Both the position numbers and the translations under genes were made by a program. The notes under the pieces are model-generated. The model was not told where the DNA came from, made no database searches, and saw only the letters and a program-made list of their open reading frames with translations. DNA of 64,000 nt, from NCBI GenBank assembly GCA_963765895.1, contig CAVXZB010000084.1, forward strand, positions 256,001 through 320,000. The letters are read 5' to 3'. This DNA comes from an uncultured Nitrososphaeraceae archaeon (GTDB lineage: Archaea > Thermoproteota > Nitrososphaeria > Nitrososphaerales > Nitrososphaeraceae). How positions within the stretch are numbered: the first letter of the stretch is position 1; each line of letters opens with the position of its first letter. Shown here piece after piece: positions 1 through 10,313 of this stretch.

Positions 1-137
1 GTTTTAACAAGCTATCAATAAGCAAAAGTGTTGTACGCAACCTTTCAATTTCTTCCTGTTTATCAGCTCAGCTGTTTTACAAGCCATTCCCGAATTTCCG
101 CTGCTTGTCTGATATCATTGTCTGAGTAGGCAGTCAT
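1..137 (-). CDS. Conserved thaumarchaeal hypothetical protein, 5' part (runs off window; +1 frameshift near 68)
   Basis: Manual translation MTAYSDNDIRQAAEIREWLVKQL, continuing in shifted frame DKQEEIERLRTTLLLIDSLLK; not in ORF track. Confidence 0.55.
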
Positions 138-323
138 GTTATAGATACTTGTGAAATAAAAAGGTATAATAGGTTTTCATATAGTACATGGTTAAGAGTT
201 ATGTAAACATCTTAATCACATATTATATTTTTCTAAATTAGGACTGAGATCATACAGTTGATATAGAGCAATTCATTTAAAGCCAACGTTGCGTATTGTT
301 GATAATCGGCAATCGTCCGTACA

Positions 324-1055
324 TTATAGACCTTCGATCATATAAGATGAATATCCCTTGATGGGTCGTTTTGATGTATCAAATAATCTCGAACTTGATC
401 GCTTCGATAACATCTCAAGCAGCTTCCTTGCGACTTTCATCTTTTTGACTTTTAACTTGGGATCTTTTATGAAATCCTTTGAATATCTCCCTATTTCTCT
501 ACCAAAATCCATTCCGACTAAGATAATCTCACTAGCTCCAAATTCTTCCGCCAAGAACACACACCGATCACCGTCGGTAAATCCTCCAAAATTATAGACA
601 TTTTTTACTGGCATCATTTGAGTTGAACCTATCACGTGTTTAAATTTCGGTATGATCTTCTTTAGTCTATCAATATTATCACTATGCGCATGTACCACCA
701 TGATAGCACCAATTCGTTCTGCCTCATATAAGGACGATAGATTGCCGTCCAAATCAGTAACTACAATATCAGGTTTGATTTTTTTTTCTATTAAAGCTTG
801 GACTGCGCCATTAGCAACAATCTTAACGGATTTCTTATTTTTTTTTAAAAAAGCCGTACTATTTTCAAGACTCTTACCTGCTCCTATGACGATGATTTGT
901 TTACCCTCAATTTTCCTGTGCAATATCTTGATATTAAGCGCCTTTCTTCTGATTAATTTAGATAATACTTCAGCCGCTTGCTGATCCGTCTCAGGACCGT
1001 ATCCAAACTCTCTTCTAATATCCTGATAGTACGGAAACCAGTCCACAAATTTCAT
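324..1055 (-). CDS. mptE: 6-hydroxymethyl-7,8-dihydropterin pyrophosphokinase (MptE/DUF115)
   Basis: VIGAG, DIVVTDLDG, VHAHSDN, NFGGFTDGDR, LVGMDF motifs. Confidence 0.85.
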   Translation of the reverse strand: MKFVDWFPYYQDIRREFGYGPETDQQAAEVLSKLIRRKALNIKILHRKIEGKQIIVIGAGKSLENSTAFLKKNKKSVKIVANGAVQALIEKKIKPDIVVTDLDGNLSSLYEAERIGAIMVVHAHSDNIDRLKKIIPKFKHVIGSTQMMPVKNVYNFGGFTDGDRCVFLAEEFGASEIILVGMDFGREIGRYSKDFIKDPKLKVKKMKVARKLLEMLSKRSSSRLFDTSKRPIKGYSSYMIEGL

Positions 1056-1088
1056 ATCTAAAATGCATGTAAGTTATTAATAGGTTAT

Positions 1089-1244
1089 ATGTCGAGATAT
1101 TTACTATTGACTAGAAGAACGATATATGGAAAGTGTCCAAACTGCAGAACGAAGAGTCAGCTTGAGGTAGTCTCAGGTAATGCAGGCAGAGAAAAATTCA
1201 AATGCAACCAATGTTATCACAAGTTCGGCATGGATCAACTGTGA
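1089..1244 (+). CDS. Small Zn-ribbon protein (51 aa)
   Basis: Manual translation MSRYLLLTRRTIYGKCPNCRTKSQLEVVSGNAGREKFKCNQCYHKFGMDQL; two CxxC pairs. Confidence 0.65.
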   Translation: MSRYLLLTRRTIYGKCPNCRTKSQLEVVSGNAGREKFKCNQCYHKFGMDQL

Positions 1245-1425
1245 TATTTTAGAGTATCAAACGTTCCGAATATCATAATGCGTAGATAACTGATAAATGT
1301 GGAGCGTGGAGGTCAGAATAATCTATGGATTGGCCTCAACACAGTAAACCTTGACTGGAGAAATTATCCTAGTTATGCCTGCTGATTGTGTAACGATTAT
1401 AATATTCGAATAGATTAGATTCCGT

Positions 1426-2037
1426 ATGGATAAGGGTAATGAATCTATGGCTGTAATCGTACCTGGCGAACACATTGCAATGATAGAGGAATTTGAAAGT
1501 GGAAAAAATACCTATGTTCTAGATGGAGATATCAGGGCAGCGACCGTTGGAATACCATTATATGATCTTAAAAGACACATAGTAAAAATTAAGCAAAAAA
1601 ATTCTCCCATATTAGCCAAGATTGGAGATATAGTGGTTGGCTATGTTGAAATGCTCTTTGGTAATATGATGTCAATAAGAATACTTTACTTAAACGAAAA
1701 GAAATCACTTGCTGGTTTCTCAGCAATTGCATCAACAAGGATAGCTTCTGGGGGTAGTGGTTGGTCCCGGGGAGATCGTAGGGGTAGAGTCATCTTCAGA
1801 GTTGGCGACGTTGTAAGAGGACGAGTTTTTAGTCTTCTCAATTCAACCATTCACATCACAATTGATGAACGCGAATACGGAGTACTGTACACTTTGTGTT
1901 TTAATTGTGGTGGAGAGACTGTTCGAATAAATAATAGCATAAAATGCATAGAATGTGGAGCACAAGAAGAGAGAAAATTGACCAATGATTATGGTAAGGA
2001 AGCATTTCGATTGATTTACAAAACAAGCGTCAAATAG
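1426..2037 (+). CDS. csl4: Exosome complex RNA-binding protein Csl4
   Basis: VPGE..EEF N-terminus, S1 domain (GDIVVG, GDVVRGRV), C-terminal CxxC..CxxC-EERKL. Confidence 0.9.
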   Translation: MDKGNESMAVIVPGEHIAMIEEFESGKNTYVLDGDIRAATVGIPLYDLKRHIVKIKQKNSPILAKIGDIVVGYVEMLFGNMMSIRILYLNEKKSLAGFSAIASTRIASGGSGWSRGDRRGRVIFRVGDVVRGRVFSLLNSTIHITIDEREYGVLYTLCFNCGGETVRINNSIKCIECGAQEERKLTNDYGKEAFRLIYKTSVK

Positions 2038-2041
2038 AATC

Positions 2042-2863
2042 ATGAAACAAAAAGTTGCGTTTCAAGGAGAGAGCGGTGCATATAGCGAAATTGTAACAAT
2101 GAAGTATTTTCCTGATGAAGAAATAATACCCATGAAAACTTTTCATGATATATTTAGGGATCTCGAATTCGGTGAGGTGGATTTCGCAATAATTCCTATT
2201 GAAAATTCTATAGAAGGAAGTGTCAATGAAGCGTACGACTTACTTCTGAGATCAAATTTAGGAGTATATGGCGAAATACATCAGCGCATATCCCACTGTC
2301 TTATTATTAATCAGAATTCAGATTTAGCTATCAAATCTGTATATTCACATCCTCAAGCATTAGCTCAATGTAGAAGATATATTCAACAAAGGAGGTTGGA
2401 GTCAATCCCAACTTATGACACGGCTGGCGCTGTGAGGCTAATCAAGGATAATAGAATTATGGATGCAGGGGCGATAGCTAGTGAAAGGGCAGCCAAATTA
2501 TACGATATGAAAATCATCGATCATGGCATTGAAGATGAGAAAAGCAATTATACAAGATTTTTTGTATTATCAAAAAAACAGATTAGTACGCAGCCTACAG
2601 GCCATGATGCTACATCTATTATCTTTTCTATAAATCATCTACCTGGAGCATTATTTAGCATTCTGGCTGAATTTGCAAAGAGGAATATCAACCTTACAAG
2701 AATCGAATCCCGTCCGACTAAGGAAATGCCTTGGGAATACAATTTTTATGTGGATATTGAGGGCCATTCAAGCAATGGATCCATTCGCGAGGCACTAGGC
2801 TTGATTGAAAAGAAAACCAACTTTTTCAAGATATTAGGTTCATATAAGATAGAATTCTATTAA
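2042..2863 (+). CDS. pheA: Prephenate dehydratase
   Basis: VAFQGESGAYSE, PIENSIEGSV, SHPQALAQC, NYTRF, ACT domain INLTRIESRP. Confidence 0.95.
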   Translation: MKQKVAFQGESGAYSEIVTMKYFPDEEIIPMKTFHDIFRDLEFGEVDFAIIPIENSIEGSVNEAYDLLLRSNLGVYGEIHQRISHCLIINQNSDLAIKSVYSHPQALAQCRRYIQQRRLESIPTYDTAGAVRLIKDNRIMDAGAIASERAAKLYDMKIIDHGIEDEKSNYTRFFVLSKKQISTQPTGHDATSIIFSINHLPGALFSILAEFAKRNINLTRIESRPTKEMPWEYNFYVDIEGHSSNGSIREALGLIEKKTNFFKILGSYKIEFY

Positions 2864-2947
2864 ATTTTCTCGAATAAATTCTGCGAATGCCTTTAATTTT
2901 GGATTAAGAACCAACATATTTGTCAATCGTGCTTTGTGTTTTACTTT

Positions 2948-5698
2948 TTATCCTGACGCGCAGTTGCTAAACCCACAATCAATACACATACTACAGCCTT
3001 CTGTGATTATTAGTCTTGAATTGCAACAAGGGCAGGTTTCTCCTGGAGGCATTTCGAATAGATGAGATGCTGGTTCTGGTTCATAAGACGTTGTCGGGCC
3101 TATTTCCGAGTTTCGATATGTGCCGGTAGCTTCATGAATCGTCGATTCTTGAAACACCGTTTCCAATTGTTGTTTGACATAGGGGACGATAATGTTGGCT
3201 GCGACGTAGTCTCTTACGAATTTACTTGGTTTTGTGACTCCTCTCTTCTCAAGTCTATTATCTCCTGTGATATGTAATACTTGTTCATGTCTAGACCCGT
3301 CACGATACACAGTAACACCTTTCAGGCCTAGCTCATGGGATAAAAGATACGCCCGTTTTACGTCATCAACAGTCGCATCACCAGGCATATTGATGGTCTT
3401 TGCGATAGCATTAGAAATCCATTTTTGCCATATTGCTTGTGCCATCAAGTGATCTGTCCAATGTATATCAATTGCAGTTACAAAGATATTCTGCATCGAC
3501 TCTGGTATGTCATCAAGACCACTGACCGATCCATAGTTATTAGCTATCCTGGTGAGAATATCGTCATCATATAACCTGTTCAGTTTTAACACATTTTGGA
3601 AGATTCGATTAGTATAAAAGAACCTTCCAACCGTCACACGTTTCTCAAAGACGACTGCAAAAATAGGTTCTATACCATTTGAAGTATCAGCAATCATTGA
3701 TAGTGTTCCTGTGGGGGCAATCGTTGTTGTCCAAGAATTCCTTATCCCATGTTTTTGAATTTTCATGATTAACGAGTTCCAATCATATGAATGTAATTCT
3801 CTAGGTACGTCGTAGTATCCTGCAATGGGTATTTTGCCATCGACATAGTCGGTTTCACTAAAGAGTGGAAATGAGCCTCTTGATTTTGCTATAGCTACAC
3901 TCTCTTCCATGCTATAATAAGAAATAGCTTCTGCTAGTTTGTTCATATGATCGTAGCCATCCTTTGAATTGTATGGTATTCCAAGTAGGAATAAAAGATC
4001 AGCAATGCCCATTATTCCAAGACCGATCCTTCTTGTTAGCTTAGTATTATCCTCAATTTCTTGAACTGGATATTTATTCGTATCAATAATGTTGTCTAAA
4101 AATCTAGTTGACAATCTAACAGCTTGCTCATATCTTTGCCAGTCAAATTCATACATTCCGTCCGCTTTTCGCTTTACAAAGTTTGCGAGATTGATTGAAC
4201 CCAGATTACATGATTCGTATGGATATAATGATTGTTCCCCACATGGATTGGTCGCTCGCAAAGGACCACCCTTCGCCCTCATGCAAGGATTATATCTATT
4301 TATATTATCAAAGAAAATCATTCCTGGCTCAGCACTCTTCCATGCACTAAAAGCAATTAAATCCATCAATTGATGAGGATCTATATGTTTTATAACCTCT
4401 GCAGTTCGAGGATTCCGCAATGCATATTTGGAATTATTCTTATTCACTAGTGAGTTCCAGAAATCTTCCAACATTCCCACACTAACGTTAAAGTTCTCGA
4501 ATATGCCTGGTTTGGTTTTTGCAGTCACAAACTTTTCAATGTCAGGATGCCAGGCTTCTAATATGCCCATATTTGCTCCCCGTCTCTTTCCTCCCTGTTT
4601 TACAACGTCAGTAACAGTATCTATAATCCTCATGAATGAAGTGGGTCCCGATGCGACTCCGGATGTGGATGCAACGATATCGCCTTCCGGACGTAAATCT
4701 GAATAATTGATTCCGACACCTCCACCAGATTTAAAGATCATGGCCGCATCGGTGGATGATTTCATAATGCCGTACATATCGTCTGGCATCTCTAAAACAA
4801 AACAAGCAGATAGCTGTCCCAACCTCGTTCCCGCATTCATCAACGTAGGAGTATTTGGAAGAAAATCTCGGGATATCATTAGATCGTAATATTCTCTAAT
4901 TTTTTGTTCATATGTAGACAGTTTCCCTTCAGCAATTAATTTAAGTAACTGTCTAAAGCTGAGCTTCATATGACCTTGTTCTGCGAGATCAATATAAACT
5001 CGAATTAGTGTTTCAAAGTGATATTTGTTCAGCAGATATTCCCCAATTTTTAGCTTTAGATGAAAATCTTCCGTCTTAGAATAATAAAGGGTGGCCTCAT
5101 TGATATTCTGCGCATGCCTTCCGTTCAAATCGAAGAGTATAGAATCATGCAAAATATCCGGAATTGCTACAAGAATCGCAACTCGTTCGAACATCTGTTT
5201 GGGTCCTTCTATTATTTTGCCAGAGTTATCTCTTAATAGATATCTTGCTGCCAAGACCCTAAGTGAATTCACATCGAATACTTTATCCACATCATCAAGA
5301 TCTCTCTTATTTAGAATCTTCATCTTTTCGTCGCGAATCTTTCGTCGCTCGTGTCGGTATAATATATATGCCTTCGCTGTCTCTGAGAAACCTTCTTCAA
5401 TCAGTATGGATTCCACCATATCTTGAACATCTTCCACGCTTGGAATTGCAGTTATTTCGCTAGAACTATACCCATGTTGAATCATTTTCTGTAATACTTC
5501 GCCTGCCAATCTATCAGACACCGCATAATCAGCCCTACCTGTTGCAATCAAGGCTTTGTAAATTGCATTCGATATCTTAGATTGCCCGAAACTGACCACT
5601 CTGCCATCTCTCTTTTTTATAAGTAGAATCGTGTTCTCCTTAGAGTTATTAACCTCAGTAATTCCCGCCATCCCCTGTGTACCAATCATGTTGATCAA
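2948..5698 (-). CDS. nrdJ: Class II (adenosylcobalamin-dependent) ribonucleotide reductase with N-terminal ATP-cone
   Basis: IKKRDGR ATP-cone, FLPNTPTLMNAG, QLSACF, TNPCGE, SCNLGSINL, TIAPTGT, C-terminal EGC..C..CG..C. Confidence 0.95.
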   Translation of the reverse strand: MINMIGTQGMAGITEVNNSKENTILLIKKRDGRVVSFGQSKISNAIYKALIATGRADYAVSDRLAGEVLQKMIQHGYSSSEITAIPSVEDVQDMVESILIEEGFSETAKAYILYRHERRKIRDEKMKILNKRDLDDVDKVFDVNSLRVLAARYLLRDNSGKIIEGPKQMFERVAILVAIPDILHDSILFDLNGRHAQNINEATLYYSKTEDFHLKLKIGEYLLNKYHFETLIRVYIDLAEQGHMKLSFRQLLKLIAEGKLSTYEQKIREYYDLMISRDFLPNTPTLMNAGTRLGQLSACFVLEMPDDMYGIMKSSTDAAMIFKSGGGVGINYSDLRPEGDIVASTSGVASGPTSFMRIIDTVTDVVKQGGKRRGANMGILEAWHPDIEKFVTAKTKPGIFENFNVSVGMLEDFWNSLVNKNNSKYALRNPRTAEVIKHIDPHQLMDLIAFSAWKSAEPGMIFFDNINRYNPCMRAKGGPLRATNPCGEQSLYPYESCNLGSINLANFVKRKADGMYEFDWQRYEQAVRLSTRFLDNIIDTNKYPVQEIEDNTKLTRRIGLGIMGIADLLFLLGIPYNSKDGYDHMNKLAEAISYYSMEESVAIAKSRGSFPLFSETDYVDGKIPIAGYYDVPRELHSYDWNSLIMKIQKHGIRNSWTTTIAPTGTLSMIADTSNGIEPIFAVVFEKRVTVGRFFYTNRIFQNVLKLNRLYDDDILTRIANNYGSVSGLDDIPESMQNIFVTAIDIHWTDHLMAQAIWQKWISNAIAKTINMPGDATVDDVKRAYLLSHELGLKGVTVYRDGSRHEQVLHITGDNRLEKRGVTKPSKFVRDYVAANIIVPYVKQQLETVFQESTIHEATGTYRNSEIGPTTSYEPEPASHLFEMPPGETCPCCNSRLIITEGCSMCIDCGFSNCASG

Positions 5699-5782
5699 TT
5701 ACAATACTTAAAGGCTTTCTCTACAGGATTAGAATGACTTGACAAGAGTACTCATGCTATAATCTAAAATGCATAATAATGC

Positions 5783-6334
5783 CTAAATATTTAACCGATT
5801 GTCACCTGATCGGCATTCCACAGTTTTGCCCTTCAACTTAGGGATAATTTTATAGCTCGATGTACCGAACTGCTTTTTTAGTTCATTTCCATTAAAAACC
5901 CTATCCAAAAATACTGCTAGTGCAGCGATTTCTGAATGAGGTTGATTTCCTACGGCGATATTCATATCTGCCATATCAAACAATTCCCTTGGTACCTTCT
6001 TTGCGCCAATGACCACGAGAAGTTTAGCTTCAACTCTAATAGTCTCGATCATATCGTCTACATTAATTCCATACATAGTCAGGTGAACCACCTTTCCGCC
6101 ATCCTTTTTCCACGTTTTAATTACATCCCTCCAATTATCATATATTTCAATTAGAAATTCTGACTGTCCCCAGTTAGTTGCCACCCTTTCGACTGTATGT
6201 ATTATAGATTTATCCACATCTGACATGTAGAGCTTACAACAGCCAAACGCTCTCGCCACTAAAGCGGAATGCGTGGTTACACGATCATCACGAACTAGCC
6301 TATGGCCAAGTCTTAGCGTAGCGACTTCCATCAT
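5783..6334 (-). CDS. trm56: tRNA (cytidine56-2'-O)-methyltransferase, SPOUT family
   Basis: LRLGHR..RD.RVTTH..LVARAFG, VHLTMYG, GNQPHSEIAALAVFLDR. Confidence 0.93.
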   Translation of the reverse strand: MMEVATLRLGHRLVRDDRVTTHSALVARAFGCCKLYMSDVDKSIIHTVERVATNWGQSEFLIEIYDNWRDVIKTWKKDGGKVVHLTMYGINVDDMIETIRVEAKLLVVIGAKKVPRELFDMADMNIAVGNQPHSEIAALAVFLDRVFNGNELKKQFGTSSYKIIPKLKGKTVECRSGDNRLNI

Positions 6335-6688
6335 TGCTCACACATGGGTATATTGTTGCTATGCATGTAAATTATTTGCTTCTATATACAATATCAACGT
6401 TTATTCCCGATGTATAGAAGGGCAGAGATTTTCGGAAATTCTGTCTGCTATACCTTATTATGCCTATCGCACAATTAATAAATGGTTGCTCAGTATCCCA
6501 ACATTACTAAATAAGTGAACTGAATATATGGCTGTTTGCAACGAGCTGAAATGGTGATCATAAAAATGCAAGGTTGCAATATGCGTTAGTTTTGGCTAAT
6601 AGATTATTTAGAACAGTAAGCTGCTATCTATGCTATTGTAATCATTCTTTGGTCTGTCGATTTCATAGTCTCAATTTTTAACAATAAA

Positions 6689-6814
6689 TGCGGCCACCGG
6701 GATTTGAATTCCCGCTTTGTATTATGTAAAGACAAAGTCCCGGGTTACGGGCTAACCTCGTGTTAATCAAACACCTGGAAGGCCAGTGTCCTAACCAAAC
6801 TAGACGATGACCGC
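6689..6814 (-). tRNA. tRNA-Gly(TCC) with two introns (37/38: 6754-6775, 22 nt; 53/54: 6709-6738, 30 nt)
   Basis: Reverse complement: GCGGTCA/TGGCCGC acceptor stem, anticodon loop CT-TCC-A|A, T-arm CCGGG|TTCAAAT-CCCGG after removing both introns; each intron forms a bulge-helix-bulge. Confidence 0.9.
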
Positions 6815-6820
6815 ATTCTA

Positions 6821-7432
6821 TTATTCTCCAGTAATAAAGTGGGTATTAAATCTTAACGCTTTGGAGCTTCTCTTTTATTCTGGAATAGTAAGTTTAGAAG
6901 TAAATTTGCTGCTTTGTCCTTTGCCTGCTTCTTGTAAAATTGAATTCCACTCTTCGGACTATCCGCAGCATTTTCGCTATCAATTTCTGCAACCGATCTA
7001 CTATCTAGTGGCAGCTTCGAATTGTACCGCATATTCCTTAAGCTTTATTGAAACCGTTGAGTCAAAAGACTCTCTTTGCCAAGCAGATCCGACAAAATAA
7101 ATCTTTGGAGGATTGACCCTGTCCTTAACAAATCTAATAACGCTATCACACGTTTGTCGTACATTCTTCGAAGTGGTATCGAATACCATTTTGTCTTCCC
7201 CCATTCCCCGCTTTATTAGCTCCTGTTTGATATATCCAACATATTTCAAATCCGTCACAGTATAGACGACGGTCTTATTTTTGTCTGGTTTTGATCGTAT
7301 TATAATTCCATGTATATCGAGACATGATTTTACTCTATTAAGTATGTATTCAGGTAATCCTTCTTGCACTGAGGAAGATTTAGTAAGGCCATAAAGAATA
7401 ATAAGATTCCCATCAATAAACCTGTCGTTCAA
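6821..7432 (-). CDS. Hypothetical protein (+1 frameshift near 7010; track ORF 7001-7432)
   Basis: Removing one base near 7010 gives FEAALDSRSVAEIDSENAADSPKSGIQFYKKQAKDKAANLLLNLLF; exact 3' end uncertain. Confidence 0.55.
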
Positions 7433-8172
7433 TGACCTAAATCAATATCCTGTCGATACTATTTGCATTTATATGTTCCTGCAAGGAAATTATCTAAATC
7501 TATAGGTAGTCTGAAACAGTTGTGCCACAGGTATAGAAATTACGCTCCCAGACTATTCAGGGAAACTGATTGCGATGAAATAACGAACCTTTGTTGTAGT
7601 TATTGAAACAATATGCAAAATCTCTGCTCTAACCACACTTGGCATTAGACCATATCTATCAAATCTTTCCTACTCATAACCTAACTACTGAAATAAGTGC
7701 TATTTTGCACCATGCATATACGCATAGTCAAATTCTCGCCCAAACAGATTTAATAATGCGTTTCTAATAGTAATGAAAAAAGTTGATAATTATATAATGA
7801 GGATAAGTGTTCAACACCGACTAATCACATGAGCGTTGCGAATTTAATTATCTAGATTTTTTATTGACAACTATCTTAATATTCTGCCCTTCTTTAAATC
7901 TTACCTGTCCCTATTCTTTCAAGACAATCCAACAGTTAACTCACGCTCATATCTAATTCAAACTGCTACGTTGTATTCGAACTGATCCCATAGCTTTAGA
8001 TAGTTGCTTCTAGATTCATTATAGATCTAATTTGATAAGCCCTAATTTTAGTAACATTTTTATGCTTCGAGTACGGTAGTAATAAATCGTTAAACCTTCA
8101 TTGTCCGCCTCATACAATATCGAACTCGAACAAGCAAAACTGTAAAATGATTATCATAAAATAAATCTGAGG

Positions 8173-9645
8173 CTAGCGATCGACATGGCGTCTGTGCTTT
8201 AATTGTTTAATCGGTTCGTCTAATAGGGTGTCTCTTTGTTTTCGAGGCTTAGTCTTCAATCTTTCACTTCCTGATCCGTCGGAAACATAGTCAGAGAGGT
8301 TTATGGTGGTCTCTCCTGGAATTTTTGCGATCTCAAATCTGTCTTTGGCTTTTAGAAGAGTAGCGGTCGCGTCTATACCTAGTTTCGTAGTAAGTAAATT
8401 ATGTTGATCGCTAGACGGGTCAAGACTAGATCCTTTGGCATTTGGAATTATGACAAGATCTCTATCTGCCTGACACCTCGTCGATATGGCGTATTCAACT
8501 GCAACTGGGTTTGTTGGATCAATGTCATCATCCACTACAATGGCTAATTTCAGAGAGCGATGAGAGGAAAACGCTGCAATTATAGCGTTTCTAGTTTCAC
8601 CTTCAAGTCTCTTTTTGATCTGAATCACTGCAGATAACCAGCCGCTACCACCTTCAGTCAAATAGACGGCTTTTGTATTAGGTAGCGAGTTTCTAACGTC
8701 CTCCAGGAGTTTTGCCTCCACTGGCAAGCCCATTAACAATCTGTGTTCCGCAAAACCAGGCAAAACATCATGAAAAATTGCGTTATCTCTAAATCTTATT
8801 CTATCAAGTTCAAATACAGGTTGTTGACGTTTGAAGTCATATGTTCTAAGCATCTCCACCATCCATTCCTCATGAGTTACATCATTTAGAATTCGCCCTT
8901 CCAGAATAATTTCAGCATGTGTTGGAACAAATAATTGTGAATAGTCCAACTTGCTCAGGGTCAGCTGATTATCCAGCAAGGAATTCGCGATCAACATTTC
9001 GTCAATTCCATATGCAGCCTGATATGCTGCTGCAATGCTTATCGAAGGATGGATACCAATTGTAATTGCAATTTTCAAATCCTCCCCGTGTTCTTTTGCA
9101 TATGTAAAGCATTTGTGCAAATGTCTACCTTCAACCATCCTAATTACCATGTGTTTATCATCTAGTTTCAACAGTCTGTGGGTAGAGGAATTCTGGTTAC
9201 CACTTTCCTGATCCTTTACAGAAACAATTGACGCTGTGATATAAGGTCCTGCGTCTTTTTCGAAATGAGTGACTATAGGGAGAGTTAGCAAATTACGTGA
9301 TGTGTTTTGGCTATATGGTGCCGAACCTAGCAGTTTATTGGGTTCGTATGGAGAATTAATTGCCTTTACAATGCGTGAATGGATGGACATTTCATCGCTT
9401 GTTCCTAAGGCCATCGAGAATCTCTTTCTTGTTCCTAAAACATTGCCTGCTACCTTAAATTTACTACTACTCACCCTTTCAAAAAGTACTGCCTCTTTTC
9501 TCTCAAATTTACTAACTATAGCCGCGATCTCGAATTTTGTACTAACTGCTCTCGGTATTCTGACTAGATTATTATTCTTGTCTAGGATTTCAAGAAAGCT
9601 ACGCAGATCATATGAATCCGATGCCTGCTTGCGCATAGTTCTCAT
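8173..9645 (-). CDS. UbiD family (prFMN-dependent) decarboxylase
   Basis: DLRSFL, LPIVTHFEKDAGPYIT, AEIILEG, VVDDDID, SSLDPS, KLGIDAT. Confidence 0.9.
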   Translation of the reverse strand: MRTMRKQASDSYDLRSFLEILDKNNNLVRIPRAVSTKFEIAAIVSKFERKEAVLFERVSSSKFKVAGNVLGTRKRFSMALGTSDEMSIHSRIVKAINSPYEPNKLLGSAPYSQNTSRNLLTLPIVTHFEKDAGPYITASIVSVKDQESGNQNSSTHRLLKLDDKHMVIRMVEGRHLHKCFTYAKEHGEDLKIAITIGIHPSISIAAAYQAAYGIDEMLIANSLLDNQLTLSKLDYSQLFVPTHAEIILEGRILNDVTHEEWMVEMLRTYDFKRQQPVFELDRIRFRDNAIFHDVLPGFAEHRLLMGLPVEAKLLEDVRNSLPNTKAVYLTEGGSGWLSAVIQIKKRLEGETRNAIIAAFSSHRSLKLAIVVDDDIDPTNPVAVEYAISTRCQADRDLVIIPNAKGSSLDPSSDQHNLLTTKLGIDATATLLKAKDRFEIAKIPGETTINLSDYVSDGSGSERLKTKPRKQRDTLLDEPIKQLKHRRHVDR

Positions 9646-9815
9646 TGCTTATACTAGATCTCTCCGGCCGACATGTAACTATTTGTTAGGTATTACACCT
9701 AGACGTGATAATACAATAGAAAAATTCTCAACTCGAGATCCAACTCGTAACATAATTCGTATATCCAATACACGCTATTATACATTCTTCTTGGTATGGA
9801 TAAATACCGGTCCCA

Positions 9816-10031
9816 TCATCTCTGTTTGAGTTTTTTTCTGGCTCTAAGTTTAGCTTTGTACTTCAAATTTCGCAGTTTTGTTCTTAGTCTATAACCACAA
9901 CATGGATACCACAATCCATCCCATTTGAGAAAAATCTCACAAATCTGGCACCGTTTTCGTCCAATAGCTTATCGACCAGAACCAACAGGTTTTTGAGCCT
10001 TGTGACGTATGCATATATCCTCACATGTCAT
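9816..10031 (-). pseudogene. Small Cys-rich thaumarchaeal Zn-binding protein with internal TAA (9969-9971)
   Basis: MTCEDICIRHKAQKPVGSGR*AIGRKRCQICEIFLKWDGLWYPCCGYRLRTKLRNLKYKAKLRARKKLKQR. Confidence 0.7.
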
Positions 10032-10313
10032 TTATGATTTTCAGAGTAAAATGCTTATCTGTTGTAATGATCTGAAACATAGTATTTAAATTTATATAAA
10101 AATAGATTATTTGGATGATTCACTTTAATTTATAATGTTCATATCGTATTTCTGCTGAATCAAAGTTTTATCTGCTCAACAAGAATTCCACTTAGCATCC
10201 AACTCTAACATTAATCTAATTCAGAGGAATGAAAATGCCGAGCTGTCGAGATCCAAGTGCGGATTATACTCTGTCGTCATTGTCACAAATCACACCACTA
10301 GTATGAGTGCGGG

